A stretch of 64,000 nt of DNA from Mobula hypostoma (Eukaryota): positions 33,544,001-33,608,000 of the forward strand of contig NC_086109.1 of the NCBI RefSeq assembly GCF_963921235.1. The letters are read 5' to 3'. Under the pieces are notes generated by a model that had not been told where the DNA came from, did not search any database, and saw only the letters and a list, made by a program, of their open reading frames with translations. The position numbers were made by a program, and so were the translations under genes. Shown piece by piece: positions 35,958 through 47,935 of the stretch (positions within the stretch are counted from its first letter, which is position 1; each line of letters begins with the position of its first letter).

Positions 35958-38359
35958 ATGACATCATGAAATAATAGTTCATAGTTCTGGCGATAAAACA
36001 CTCACTGCGGGTATTCCCATTCACATTTTATACCACAATTATGGCACTACAATTGTTAGAAACAGTGAAATATAGCAAAATAAGACAGATATGGGTCCAA
36101 TTCTTTTCATTGGCGGCCATTTTTTAAAACGTCAGATTTTTTTACTTTCCCGTGCTCCGTTTCTGTCTAACTTTTGATATGTTTTTCAGTATGTCTGAAA
36201 GTACAAGAAATGACCATAAAACTTTAATTGCAGTTATTTTTGGGTAGGGGTATTTTGGCGCTATATTGACAGCATTAAATTAAATCCACTATGATTCAAA
36301 GTTGTAAAACAATAAAACATGAAAACTTATAAGGGAGGGGTGAATACTGTTTATAGGCTCTGTGTATTTTGACCTCTATGAGATAAAGAATGGGACCCCA
36401 CAAGGCAGTATTTGTAGCTTTTTATTACTGTATTTAATACTGTAATTAATGATACTTTCTCTGAGATAGGTTTTGGGGTGGGTAAATTAGTTCTTGCAGA
36501 CGATGATACTTTATGGATCAGAGGTAGAAATTTCAAAGTAACAATACGTAGAATGCAATTAGTGATTAATAAGCTTGAACAGTGGACAAATAGATGGAGT
36601 TTCATGCTTTCAGTAGCTAAAACACAAGTTATATGTTTTAAAAAGGATCAATAAGCCTGCACTTAATTTGAAGCTATATAGTCAAACTCTTGAAGAAGTG
36701 TTCGTTGTAAGATTTATTGGCATATGGCTAGGTAATAAGATGACATGGAAGCACCACATCAGTAAAATAATTGACAAATGTAAAGGGGCATTAAATATCC
36801 TTAGGTGTTTATATGGATATTCTTAGGGTGCTACACGAAAACCTCTGTTGACCATTTATATTTGTTCAGTTTGATTGGTACTTGATTATGGCTGTGTGGC
36901 TTATGAATCAGCTTCATCTTCAAATTTAAAACATGTGGATGTGATACAAGCACAGTCTTTAAGACTGTGTTGTGTTGTGTCCTCTGTTTCAGCTTTACTG
37001 GTTGAAATGGGACAATTACCCTTACAGTTGCCAAGGTTGAGGTTGTTGTTAACGTACTGGATTAATTTGAGGGTGCAAAGGAATGATCACCCTGTTAAAA
37101 GTGTGTTGCAAAACTGTTAGGAACATCACAAGAATAGTGTTTTAAATTTTATGTGGCTGGGTTCTCATCATGCTTGCAATATGAGTTTGCTGGATTATGC
37201 AGTATGTCCCATTGTACCTGTTTTGGTAACCCCACTGTGGTTTTTTTCCAATGACTTTAGTTGATTTTAAGCTGTATGATTTAATGAAGTCCAAGGATCC
37301 TGATATGCCTGAGAATCTGTTGGTTCATCGATATGCTAAGGAAAATTATTGTGATATGTTAACCATTTTTACAGATGGATCAAAAGATAAGATGACCGGG
37401 AATGTCGGTGTGGCTATTTTTGTGCCTGAATTACAAGCAATAATAAAGAAACGTCTTACTAACCATTTAGCAGTACTGTATATACTGCAGAGCTGGTTAT
37501 CATCATTTTGGCGCAGCAGGTGGAGGAAATCTGTCCTTGCAAAGTTATAATTTGTTCAGATTCTTTTTTGTTTTTGACTAGTCTTAAAACAAGTCATTCT
37601 AGCAGTAAGTCAGATTTACTGCTGGAACCTCCTCAAACTTTATTTCATGTTTAATGTATTAGTCTAAATGTCTGTTTCTTATGTGTCCCCGCACGTAGAG
37701 GTGTTAAGGGGAATGAGCGGATTGATTGTTTGGCAGAAAAAGCTGTTAAAATTTCATTTATGGATATGGACCTTCCATTTAGCAATCAGAAGATAAAGGT
37801 ATTGGTGGGGTTGAGAATTAGGGGATTATGGCAAAGCTTGTGGGATAATGGGAATAAGGGGAGACACCTTTACAAAATACATAAAACTGTTGAATAGAAG
37901 GAAGAAGGGAGTAAAACAAGAAGGAAAGGAATTATATTGACTTGCCTTACAATTGGGCATACTATACCTAATTATTCCTTATATCCCATTGGAAATCATC
38001 ACTCTGGGGAGTGTCATCACTACGAAACAGTTCAGCACATTCTTTTACAATGTGAAGCATACAAGGCTGAAAAAAACTAACGCAGCCTGCACTACTAAAT
38101 TTGGGGTTGACAGTTTTCAATTAAAAACTTTACTAAGTTATGGAAATGATTTTAATTTAATTCACAATATTGTCTTCCAATATTTACAATCTTTAGGGCT
38201 TTTGGGGGTAATTTAGTTTTCTTCTGATAAAGAACTAGTAGGGGATTTATTTCCAAACTTGCTACACCACATTTCAGTCTAGTTGATGGTGGTAATGCAC
38301 CTTTAAGTTGGACTGCCAACCGCAAATCCAACCATTAAAAGTCAGAAGAAGAAAGAAGA

Positions 38360-39027
38360 TGTCCAGAGGCAGATATATGAAAACTGATATTATGGATTTT
38401 ATCTTATCTGCACAGATGGTTGAAAATGTCCAGGTGTTTCTGTTTAGGTTCCATAATTTCAAGTCGAGCAGCAAGTGAAGCAGAGAATGACACCAAAAAG
38501 AGTGTGTGGTGAAAATGAGGGTTGTCTGTGGCTACAGTGTAGTGGAGACCGCCTGGGAAAGTGCGCCAAGGAATGGTATATGGTACTTAACTGGATAAGT
38601 ACGATTTTGGGAACCTGAGCCAGAGTAGAATATACAGAGTGAATGACTGGGCCTAGGGAGAGTTATAGAACAGAGGGAGCAAGTGGGAGACGTACCGACT
38701 TCCCCGTAAGTGGTGACATAGGTATACAGGGTAGTAAAAAATATGTGGACAGATTTCATGCTGTACAAATCTGTGATTCTTGGTGATAATGGTCCAGTCA
38801 TTGTCTAGTTGTAGGCTTGTGAATTTACTTTCTCTCTCTTCTCCCAGACCAACAAGAATGTTACAGCATTGAGAAGCTTTTCAAAACCAACAGAAGGCAA
38901 CTAAAAAAAGACATAAAGATGGAATATGAAGCTAGCCAATAATATTAAAGAGAATAAGAAAAGTTTCTTCAGGTATGTAAGTAGAAGTGAGAGTAGATAT
39001 TGGACCGCTGGAATATGATGCTGGAGT
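38360..39027 (+). repeat. Local segmental duplication, copy A right block (paralog at 47838-47935 plus 49876-50445)
   Basis: Shared CAGGTGTTTCT, GAGTGTGTGGTGAAAATGAGGG and TGTGAATTTACTTTCTCT, with the same junctions between CR1 and RNase H fragments. Confidence 0.85.
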
Positions 39028-40422
39028 AGTTGTTACAGAGAAGGAGGGACCTGTTCCGATGGGACGGGTTGCACCTGAACTGGAGGGGGATTAACATCCT
39101 TGCAGGAAGGTTTGCTAGTGCTGCTCCGGGGGGGGGGTTTACACTAGATTTGCAGGGGGAGGGGAACCAGAGTGTTAGAGCAGATAGTGAGGTGGAGCAG
39201 GATAAAGGTCATGCGAGAACTGCAAGTATAGACAGAAATAAAAGGTTTGCACGAGATAGAAATATTCTCAGGTGCATCTATTTCATTGCAAGGAGTATTG
39301 TAGGTAAGGCAGATGAGCTCAGGGTGTGGATTAGCATGTGGGATTACGACATTGTTGCTGTTACTGAGACTTGGTTGCAGGAAGGGCAGGACTGTCAGCT
39401 TAATGTTCCTGGGTTCCATTGTTTCATTCGTGACAGAGGGGGAGGGATGAAAGAGGGAAGAGTGGCATTACTAGTCAGGGAGAATATCATAGCTGTGCGG
39501 AGACAGGACAGCCCGGCGGGCTCGACTACAAAGGCCATATGGGTGGAGCTGAGGAATGGGAAAGGTGCGACCACACTAATAGGGTAGTATTATAGACTGC
39601 CCAATAGTCAGAGAGAATTGGAGGAGCAAATCTGTAGAGAGATAGCAGACCAATGTAAGAAACAGGAAGTTGTAATAGTAGGGGATTTTAACTTTCCACA
39701 TATTGACTGGGACTCCCACACTGTGAAAGGGCTGGATGGCTTGGAGTTTGTCAAATGTGTTCAGGAAAGTTTTCTAAATCAATATATAGAGACAGGGTGC
39801 AACACTTGATCTCCTATTAGGGAACCAGACAGGTCAGGTGACAGAAGTATGTGTAGGCGAACATTTTGGGTCCAGTGACCATAATGTCATTAGTTTCAAG
39901 TTAATTATGGAGAAGGATAGGTCTGGTCCTCGAGTTGAGGTTCTAAATTGGAGAAGGGCCAATTTTGCGGCAATGAGAAAGGATCTAGGAAGAGTGGATT
40001 TGGATAAGTTGTTTTATGGCAAGGATGTGTTCAGTAAGTGGAAGGCCTTCAAAGGCGAAATTTTGAGAGTGCAGAGTTTGCATGTACCTGCCAGGATTAA
40101 AGGCAAATTTAACAGGCGTAGGGAACCTTGGTTTTCAAGGGATATTGGTGATCTGGTTAAGTAAAGGAGAGAGGTGTCTAGCAGGTATAGGCAACCAGGA
40201 ACAAATGAGGTACTTGAAGAGTTTAGAAAATGTAAGAAAATACTAAAGAAGGAAATCACGAAGGCAAAAAGAAGACATGAGGTTGCTTTGGCAGATAATG
40301 TGAAGGTAAACCCGAAGGGTTTCTACAAGTATATTGAGAGTAAAAGGATAGTAGGGGACAAAATTGGTCCCCTAGAAGATCAGAGTGGTCGTCTATGTGT
40401 GGAGCCTCAGGAGATGGGGGAG
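39028..40422 (+). mobile_element. CR1 LINE 5' part (ORF1 esterase end plus APE), truncated against a Gypsy pol
   Basis: DGLHLNWRG (SGNH-esterase end), DIVAVTETWL, IVGDFNFPHIDW and HFGSSDHNVI. Confidence 0.92.
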
Positions 40423-42740
40423 TTCCAAATTGGAGTTCCTGGCATTGAATTGGGCTGTGATGGAGAAGCTAAGTGACCATCTACATGGTGCCAAGTTTGA
40501 GGTGAGGACAGACAACAACCCATTAACTTGTATCCTGACCTTGGCGAAATTGGATGACACAGGCCATCAGTGGTTGACGGCATTGTCTGCCTATTATTTC
40601 AGCCTGAAGTACTGGCCAGGGAGTCGGAACATTGTTGCCAATGCACATGAAGGGCTGGACAGGGACGGAGAGTGGCAGAGCGTCACAGTCCCTGGAGTCA
40701 AATCTATGTGCCAGTTTTCCATCACAGGGAAGGCAGAGGAAAGGCAAGGCCAGAATTGAGCGGTAGATCACCTGGGAGCTTCTGATGGGGCCAGTCCACA
40801 GGCTTACTGCAAGCTGACTGCTCTGAAGACAAAGCAGTTGCCAGAATTGAGTCCTGGGGAGGTGGCAGCTGCTCAACAGGATGACCCGGGCATCGGTACC
40901 AGTTGGTCAGAGGTTACAGGAGGGGCATGGCCCAAGTGGACAAGATGAAACACTCTGTGGTATCTCTACTACTGAGAGAAAGGCCCAGATTGGAGTTGAG
41001 GAACCAGATTCTATACCAGGTCTTGTCACCTCCAGACAGGCCTCCACGTTCCCAGCTGGTTCTGCCTGAGAATTATCGGAGGATTGTGTTGAATTCACTG
41101 CATGATGGTTCCTGTCGTTTGGGGGTTGACAAGACCTATTGATTGCTCAGAGATCAGTTCTACTGCCCCCGAACGAAGCAGGAGGTGGAAGAGTATTGCA
41201 AGGTGTGCATTTGATGTATATGGAGGGAGACGATGCCTACGAGGGCTGCTCCTTTGTCCCATTGGCAGAGTGCAAGGCCACTTGACCTGGTGAGTATGGA
41301 TTTCCTGTCAATTGAGCCAGATGCCAGCAACATGGTCATTACAGATCACTACACCAGATATGCACAGGGGCTCCCTACCAAGGACTAGAGGGTGTCCACT
41401 ATGGCCAAAGTGCTATGGGAGAATTATTTCATTTATTATGGCCTCACCAGGTGGATACACAGTGATCAGGGATAGGATTTCGAGAGTAGGCTCATACACA
41501 AGTTACTGAGCATGCTTGGAGTTGAGAAGTTGAAGACTACACCTTATCACCCGCAGGGTGATCCCCAGCCCGAGAGGTTCAACTAGACCTGACTAGACAT
41601 GCTCACAATCTTGGAGAGCTGTGAAAAGAAGTGGAGTTAACATCTGGCCCACTGTAACAACCGTTCACTGAATGAAGCTACTGGGTACTTGTGTATTATC
41701 TGATATTTGGGCACAAAGTGAGGTTGCCCTTTGACCTCTGTTTTGGGACTGGTGAGGAAGAAATCCAACAGAAGACTTATCTGAAGTATGTGCCTGGTAT
41801 GAGAAGGGAGCTGCAAAAGGCTTATGAACTAGTTCAGTTCTCAGCTACGAAACAGATTCAAGGAAATAAGAGGGTGTATGAGCAAAAGGTTAGGTTCTCC
41901 CATCTAACGCCTGGAGACTGAGTCCTCATAAAGAATTTGGGGCTACCTGGGAAGCATAAGTTGGCTGACCACTGGTTGGCCTCGCCCTATGTAGTGGAGA
42001 GTCCGATGCCAAAGGTACCAGTTTTCCGGGTGAAACCAGAGGATGGAAATGGGTCTGTCAAGATTCCCCATCGGAACCACCTTCTACCTCTGGGACAAGA
42101 AGTACGTGTTGACCCAGAGCCTGACCTGGAGTCTACACCTAGTAAGAGGAGTCTGTGACGACGTGAGGGAACCGAAGGACCAGCAACCGGAAGGATTAGA
42201 CTGGACCCCACCCCTGAATATGATACAGGCTCGGAGGATGAGGAAATGGGTGTGTGGTACATGCTGTCCTTTGCAAGCTCCCCAATAATTGATGAAGAGA
42301 TTCCCAACCCTACTCATGCTGTGGTGGGTGAAATCAGAGGAACTAGCAGTGGGCAGTTAGGGTTGGGGTTAGGAAATAACGGGAAGCTGGACTCTAAAGT
42401 AACTGGGCACGAGGGTGAGCTCAGTCAAATGATGAGGGGCTCTGAGTTGTCGGGGGGCACGAGTAATGGGCAGGGAGGGGCCTCCCCAGATAGACAGGAA
42501 AGAGCCCAGAGAGGGCCTGAAGCCAAAGAAGTAGATGATGGGGTAAGGAGGTCCCAAAGAGTCAGGAGACCCCCAGACAAAGTGGCCTATGTCGCACTCG
42601 GGGAACAGAGTGTGGCACCTATCTCCTTGGTGAACCATGTCACTGCCATTTACACCTGGGTAGGACTTTGTGCTTTGTAGGAAGGGGTGACAAATTATCT
42701 CAACGTCATGGGGACATGACTAATTTTGGTGGGGGGAGAG
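40423..42740 (+). mobile_element. Ty3/Gypsy internal 3' half (RNase H, integrase, PPT)
   Basis: KLEFLALNWAVMEKLSDHL.G.KF.VRTDNNPLT, ITDHYTRYA, IHSDQG.DFES and TTPYHPQGD.QPERFN. PPT GGTGGGGGGAGAG at 42728-42740. Confidence 0.93.
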
Positions 42741-43328
42741 TGTAACACCCTGGGAAAGGTTTCACTGCTAATGTAATTGTCTTTCTGTAGAAGCAATGTT
42801 TAGGTTATAGTTAGAGAATGTGAGCTGTCCAATGAGGGGAGTGTGTCTTTGTGTTGTTTGCCTGACACCGGTGTGAGTTGGGTTCTTTAGTGCAGCAGGA
42901 AATAGAGAAGACGCTGGGGAGAACCGGTTGTAGGAGATGACCCGGTGGGAGACCCGTCTGTTCGAGATAGATTGCGGGTGACATTCGGAAGGTGGTGGTG
43001 CGTAGACCGAGGGCTCAGCAAGCAAGTGACAAAGAAGTTCAAGATGAGCTCCAACTCGGCTGTTTAATTATAATGGACCCTTTTTGTTTTTTTCTTTATT
43101 TTCTTTACTAACCCTTTAGTTAAGTAAGATTCATAAATATAATTCCTTTAATCGTATGCAGTGTGCTGTCTGTTATTTCTTGGCACCGAGTTGTAACGGG
43201 GTAGCAAATTACACAGCATCCACTCAAACCGGGGTTTCAGTGGGAGAGCCATCTAAATCACACAGGTTTGGTGGGACCAAAGTGTGTTTTTCCTAGACTT
43301 ACACAGCCAAGGAAACCAGGTGGTTTCA
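42741..43328 (+). repeat. Gypsy 3' LTR
   Basis: TGTAACACC...GGTTTCA directly after the PPT. Shares motifs (GAGCTCCAACT, CACAGCATC) with the LTR at 62408. Confidence 0.85.
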
Positions 43329-46309
43329 GTTGAATAGAGTCATAGAGCATGCAGACCACAGTATTGTCCCAGTTGTCCATGTTTGAACAAGAGCTCACCA
43401 ATCCCCTCCCTTCCTTTAGCTATCCAAGTGCCTCTTAAATGTTGCCATTGTAGAGTCCTAACAATCTTCACTGGCAGCTCATTCCAAGTAATCACCAGCC
43501 TCTGTGTAAAGAAGTTACCTCTCAGGTCTCTTTTAAATCTCTGCCCTCTTATCTTGTAGCTGTGCCCTCTAGTTTAAGACTACCCAGCCCTGGGATAAAG
43601 AGTTCGAGTTCAAGTTTAATCATCATTCCACAATACATCAATACTGCTGAATGAAACAACGAATCTCCGGGGGCCAAGGTGCAAAACATACACAGCTCAA
43701 GGCATACACAGCGCATTCAAGATATCAAACAAATATACAGATGCGCAAAAGTTTGCCCAAAACTGTACACAATACTCCAAATGCAGCCTCACTACATAGT
43801 CAGGACTTCATTGCCTCGAGTGCAGGAGAATGAGAGCAGATCTTATAGAGGTATTCAAAATATTGAGGGGTATAGAGAGTGCAAATACAAGCAGGCAGCT
43901 ATTAAGAAGTAGATTCTTCTCCCTCTCAGGCTGGGTGAAACTAGATTGAGTGATCATAGGTTTGGGGTGAAAAGGGAAGTATTTAAGGGGAATCTAAGAG
44001 CATGGTCTGGATGGTGGGGGAGCTTGATGATGGATGCTTCTTCCCTGCAATAGTGCGCTGTGTGGATGTGCTCAGTGGTGGGAAGGGCTTTACCGTGATG
44101 GACTGGGCTCTATCCATCACTTTTTTTCGGCTTTTCTGTGCAAGGGGATAGGTGTTTCCACACCAAGCTGTGATGCATTATTTGCAATGATACTGATTTG
44201 TGGGATCCAGTACAGATGGTCTGAAATTTGAAGGTTTTGACCTTCTCCAACTCTGATCCACCAGTGAGGACTGGCTCATGGTTTCTCCCTCTTGTAGTCA
44301 CAAACCAGCTCTTTGGTTTCACAGACTTGATGTGTTGATTGATCTAATTCAGCTCCTATGGTGTTATGGTCTTAGTCCGTGCAGATTCTAAGGCAATCCC
44401 ATTCCCACACCTGTTTCCTTTTTCACATATTCTCCTGACAACCTGCTGTCAGGAAGCTCTTCACATCAACAGTGGGGTCGAGGACAGCGGAATATGGAAT
44501 GAAGGGTCTCGGTATGAAATATCAAGTTTATTCCTCTACATAGGTGCTGCCTGATTTGCTGAATGTCTGCAGAATTTTGTTTGGATTCTTGTAGAATGAA
44601 GATGTTTGAAAATAAGATAAGAATGATGAAAGGAAGTATAGTTTTACACTGCAATTATTTAAGGTCTGGATGTAAATATCTGTTGGAGTAATGGAGGCAG
44701 ATTGATATGTTACATTCAGCCAAGTGTGACAATGTTCCCCAGAGTCCCCAGGAATGTGACACTCACGGATTGGACACTATCTGTAGGCAGTACACTTCAA
44801 AGGGACAAGGTTTGCAAATGCATCAGCCAATTGTTGTTTTCAAGCACAATTTTAACACGGAATCTCCCTGTACCCAGACAAGGGGCAGGGAAATTGAACT
44901 CTTCTATTCTCAAGGTCACAGTCCCAGGGTCACCATGAAAACCAGTTATCCCTTTCACCCTCATCACGTCACTGAAACCTAGCCAATGAACAAAGCTTTT
45001 ACTAAATACAGAAATGTTGAGATGTGACCAGTCAGGGAGGTGTCAAACCCTGACATCACAAGGCCACTGTGACACAACTGGGGCACATCACAATGAGGTG
45101 CAGCATCACCACAGGGTTTAATCTCTGGTTACCTGGAAACCTGTGGTGTTCCTGTGGAAATTTCGATAGAAGAGGTTTAAATCTCCTTTATTGGGAGGCA
45201 AAGTTGAGGAGGTAAGGAGATCCTAAATAGTCCAAAATGCGGAAAGGATGGATAGTTTATCTATATTCAAACAACAGGAATTCTGCAGATGCTGGAAATT
45301 CAAGCAACACACATCAAAGTTGCTGGTGAACGCAGCAGGCCAAGCAGCATCTATAGGAAGAGGCGCAGTCGACGTTTCAGGCCGAGACCCTTGGTCAGGA
45401 CTAACTGAAGGAAGAGTGAGTAAGGGATTTGAAAGCTGGAGGGGGAGGGGGAGATGCAAAATGATAGGAGAAGACAGGAGGGGGAGGGATAGAGCCGAGA
45501 GCTGGACAGGTGATAGGCAAAAGGGGATACGAGAGGATCATGGGACAGGAGGTCCGGGAAGAAAGATGGGGGGGGGGGTGACCCAGAGGATGGGCAAGAG
45601 GTATATTCAGAGGGACAGAGGGAGAAAAAGGAGAGTGAGAGAAAGAATGTGTGCATAAAAATGAGTAACAGATGGGGTACGAGGGGGAGGTGGGGCCTAG
45701 CAGAAGTTAGAGAAGTCAATGTTCATGCCATCAGGTTGGAGGCTACCCAGACGGAATATAAGGTGTTGTTCCTCCAACCTGAGTGTGGCTTCATCTTTAC
45801 AGTAGAGGAGGCCGTGGATAGACATGTCAGAATGGGAATGGGATGTGGAATTAAAATGTGTGGCCACTGGGAGATCCTGCTTTCTCTGGCGGACAGAGCG
45901 TAGATGTTCAGCAAAGCGGTCTCCCTTCCTCCACTATCAACTCTGCTCTTAAACGCATCTCCCCCATTTCACGTACATCTGCTCTCACTCCATCCTCCCA
46001 CCACCCCACTAGGAATAGGGTTCCCCTGGTCCTCACCTACCACCCCACCAGCCTCCGGGTCCAACATATTATTCTCCGTAACTTCCGCCACCTCCAACGG
46101 GATCCCACCACTAAACACATCTTTCCCTCCCCCCTCTCTCTGCATTCCGCAGGGATCGCTCCCTACACAACTCCCTTGTCCATTCGTCCCCCCCATCCCT
46201 CCCCACTGATCTCCCTCCTGGCACTTATCCGTGTAAGCGGAACAAGTGCTACACATGCCCTTACACTTCCTCCCTTACCACCATTCAGGGCCCCAAACAG
46301 TCCTTCCAG

Positions 46310-46636
46310 GTGAGGCATCACTTCACCTGTGAGTCGACTGGGGTGATATACTGCGTCCGGTGCTCCCGATGTGGCCTTTTATATATTGGTGAGACCCGAC
46401 GCAGACTGGGAGACCGCTTTGCTGAACATCTACGCTCTGTCCGCCAGAGAAAGCAGGATCTCCCAGTGGCCACACATTTTAATTCCACATCCCATTCCCA
46501 TTCTGACATGTCTATCCACGGCCTCCTCTACTGTAAAGATGAAGCCACACTCAGGTTGGAGGAACAACACCTTATATTCCGTCTGGGTAGCCTCCAACCT
46601 GATGGCATGAACATTGACTTCTCTAACTTCCGCTAG
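46310..46636 (+). CDS. Penelope GIY-YIG endonuclease domain (5'-truncated ORF end, no true start)
   Basis: FTCESTGVIYCVRCSRCGLLYIGETRRRLGDRFAEH...VATHFN...RLEEQHLIFRLGSLQPDGMN. Confidence 0.9.
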   Translation: MRHHFTCESTGVIYCVRCSRCGLLYIGETRRRLGDRFAEHLRSVRQRKQDLPVATHFNSTSHSHSDMSIHGLLYCKDEATLRLEEQHLIFRLGSLQPDGMNIDFSNFR

Positions 46637-46929
46637 GCCCCACCTCCCCCTCGTACCCCATCTGTTACTCATTTTTATGCACACATTCTTTCTCTCACTC
46701 TCCTTTTTCTCCCTCTGTCCCTCTGAATATACCTCTTGCCCATCCTCTGGGTCACCCCCCCCCCATCTTTCTTCCCGGACCTCCTGTCCCATGATCCTCT
46801 CGTATCCCCTTTTGCCTATCACCTGTCCAGCTCTCGGCTCTATCCCTCCCCCTCCTGTCTTCTCCTATCATTTTGCATCTCCCCCTCCCCCTCCAGCTTT
46901 CAAATCCCTTACTCACTCTTCCTTCAGTT

Positions 46930-46965
46930 AGTCCTGACGAAGGGTCTCGGCCTGAAACGTCGACT
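46930..46965 (+). ncRNA. Minimal type I hammerhead ribozyme motif (intact core)
   Basis: AGTC-CTGACGA-AGGGTCTCGGCCT-GAAACGTC-GACT, identical to 13409-13444. Confidence 0.8.
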
Positions 46966-47935
46966 GCGCCTCTTCCTATAGATGCTGCTTGGCCTGCTGC
47001 GTTCACCAGCAACTTTGAAGTTTATCTATATTGATACGTTTTGATGAAGTGGAGCTCCCTGATAAAGTAAGTGTGGGGTATGTTAGTTATAATGTACAAG
47101 CTTTTATTTTATTCCACCTCCACTTAGATGTTACAAATTTCGGAGGTTTGTGTGTGTTGAAGCAGTGTGTTGGAAACTAAGAGAGAAACAGAAACATTGA
47201 AGACCTACAGCACAATACAGCCCACAATGCTGTGCTGAACAGTGGTGACATGGGGCTAGGGTTACACTCTATCTAGAATAATAAGTGTAGACCATTGTTG
47301 GGTACATGCAGCATATGCTTTATGTTTTGATATGCTGTGGATCCTACAGTCTCTCTTCAGGTTCTCTGGGATATGGTGGAAAATGTTTACATTCTCCCTC
47401 TTTATATTTTCCTACACAGCTTTTCTCTGCCCAGCTATTATTCTGTGGTAAGAACTGAAAATGTCTGGGCTGTAGAAGAAGAGTGCAGGTAAATAAAAGA
47501 GAGGTAGAGAACAGTTTCCATCTGTGAGCAGAGTGGGGCACCAGAGATGTAGTAAGTGTGGTGGGGAACGTGAGTATGAAGATTGTGAAGGTGTAAAGTT
47601 TAAATGTTGTAATTGCAGAGGGGAACATAGGGCAGAGGATGTGAAGTGCTTAAGAAGGCAACTGAAGTTCACCAGGTTAAAGTACAGTTGGGTGTATTTT
47701 ACCAGCCAATAACCAAATGACCAAAGCTTTTACTAAATACAGGAATGTTGAGGAGTGACCACTCAGGGAGGTGTCAAACCCTGACATCACAAGGCCACTG
47801 TGACACGAGTGGGGCACATCACACTGGTTACCTGGAGACCAGAGACAAACATATACAAGGCATATATTGTTGATTCTTACAATCTACACAGATGCTTCCA
47901 AAGATCCAGTGACAGTTTGTTCAGGTGTTTCTATT

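Larger units (their letters stand above)
32757..36277 (-). mobile_element. Academ (AcademX-type) DNA transposon, internally deleted
   Basis: Imperfect TIRs TAGGTGGGTCAATATA / TATATTGACAGCATTA and a 3-bp TSD (GAT/AAT; the Tc1 empty site reads AAT). Minus ORFs encode a transposase C-half, an XPG/PIN-like domain and a Cys-rich C-terminus. Confidence 0.82.
31383..36362 (-). mobile_element. Tc1-family DNA transposon (IR/DR type) whose TIR is interrupted by an Academ element
   Basis: Ends CAGTGCCTATAAAAAATATTCACCCC and GGGGTGAATACTGTTTATAGGCTCTG. The ~200-bp TIRs are 31383-31590 vs 32630-32756 plus 36278-36362. Transposase pieces VLWSEEIKIELFG, KHGGGCIMLWGCFS and FQQDNNPKH. The TA target appears as CA/TG. 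Confidence 0.92.
28900..38358 (+). mobile_element. Nimb/I-clade LINE (ORF1 zinc knuckles; APE-RT-RNase H), degenerate, interrupted by Tc1 at 31383-36362
   Basis: YIPPPLRCCKCQRFG; NGQDFKKFI...DVICIEET; WKMAVAVPILKPGK.PSNPSSYR; LDYGCVAY.SAS; RNase H IFTDGSK. The 3' end reads GGTGGTAATGCACC...CAGAAGAAGAAAGAAG. Confidence 0.9.
45268..47018 (+). mobile_element. Young Penelope-like element: inverted 3' copy (45268-45925) plus forward body (45923-47017)
   Basis: Intact GIY-YIG ORF end; arms nearly identical over about 610 bp; TSD AGTTTATCTATATT at 45254-45267 and 47019-47032. The empty site is visible at about 29011. Confidence 0.96.
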
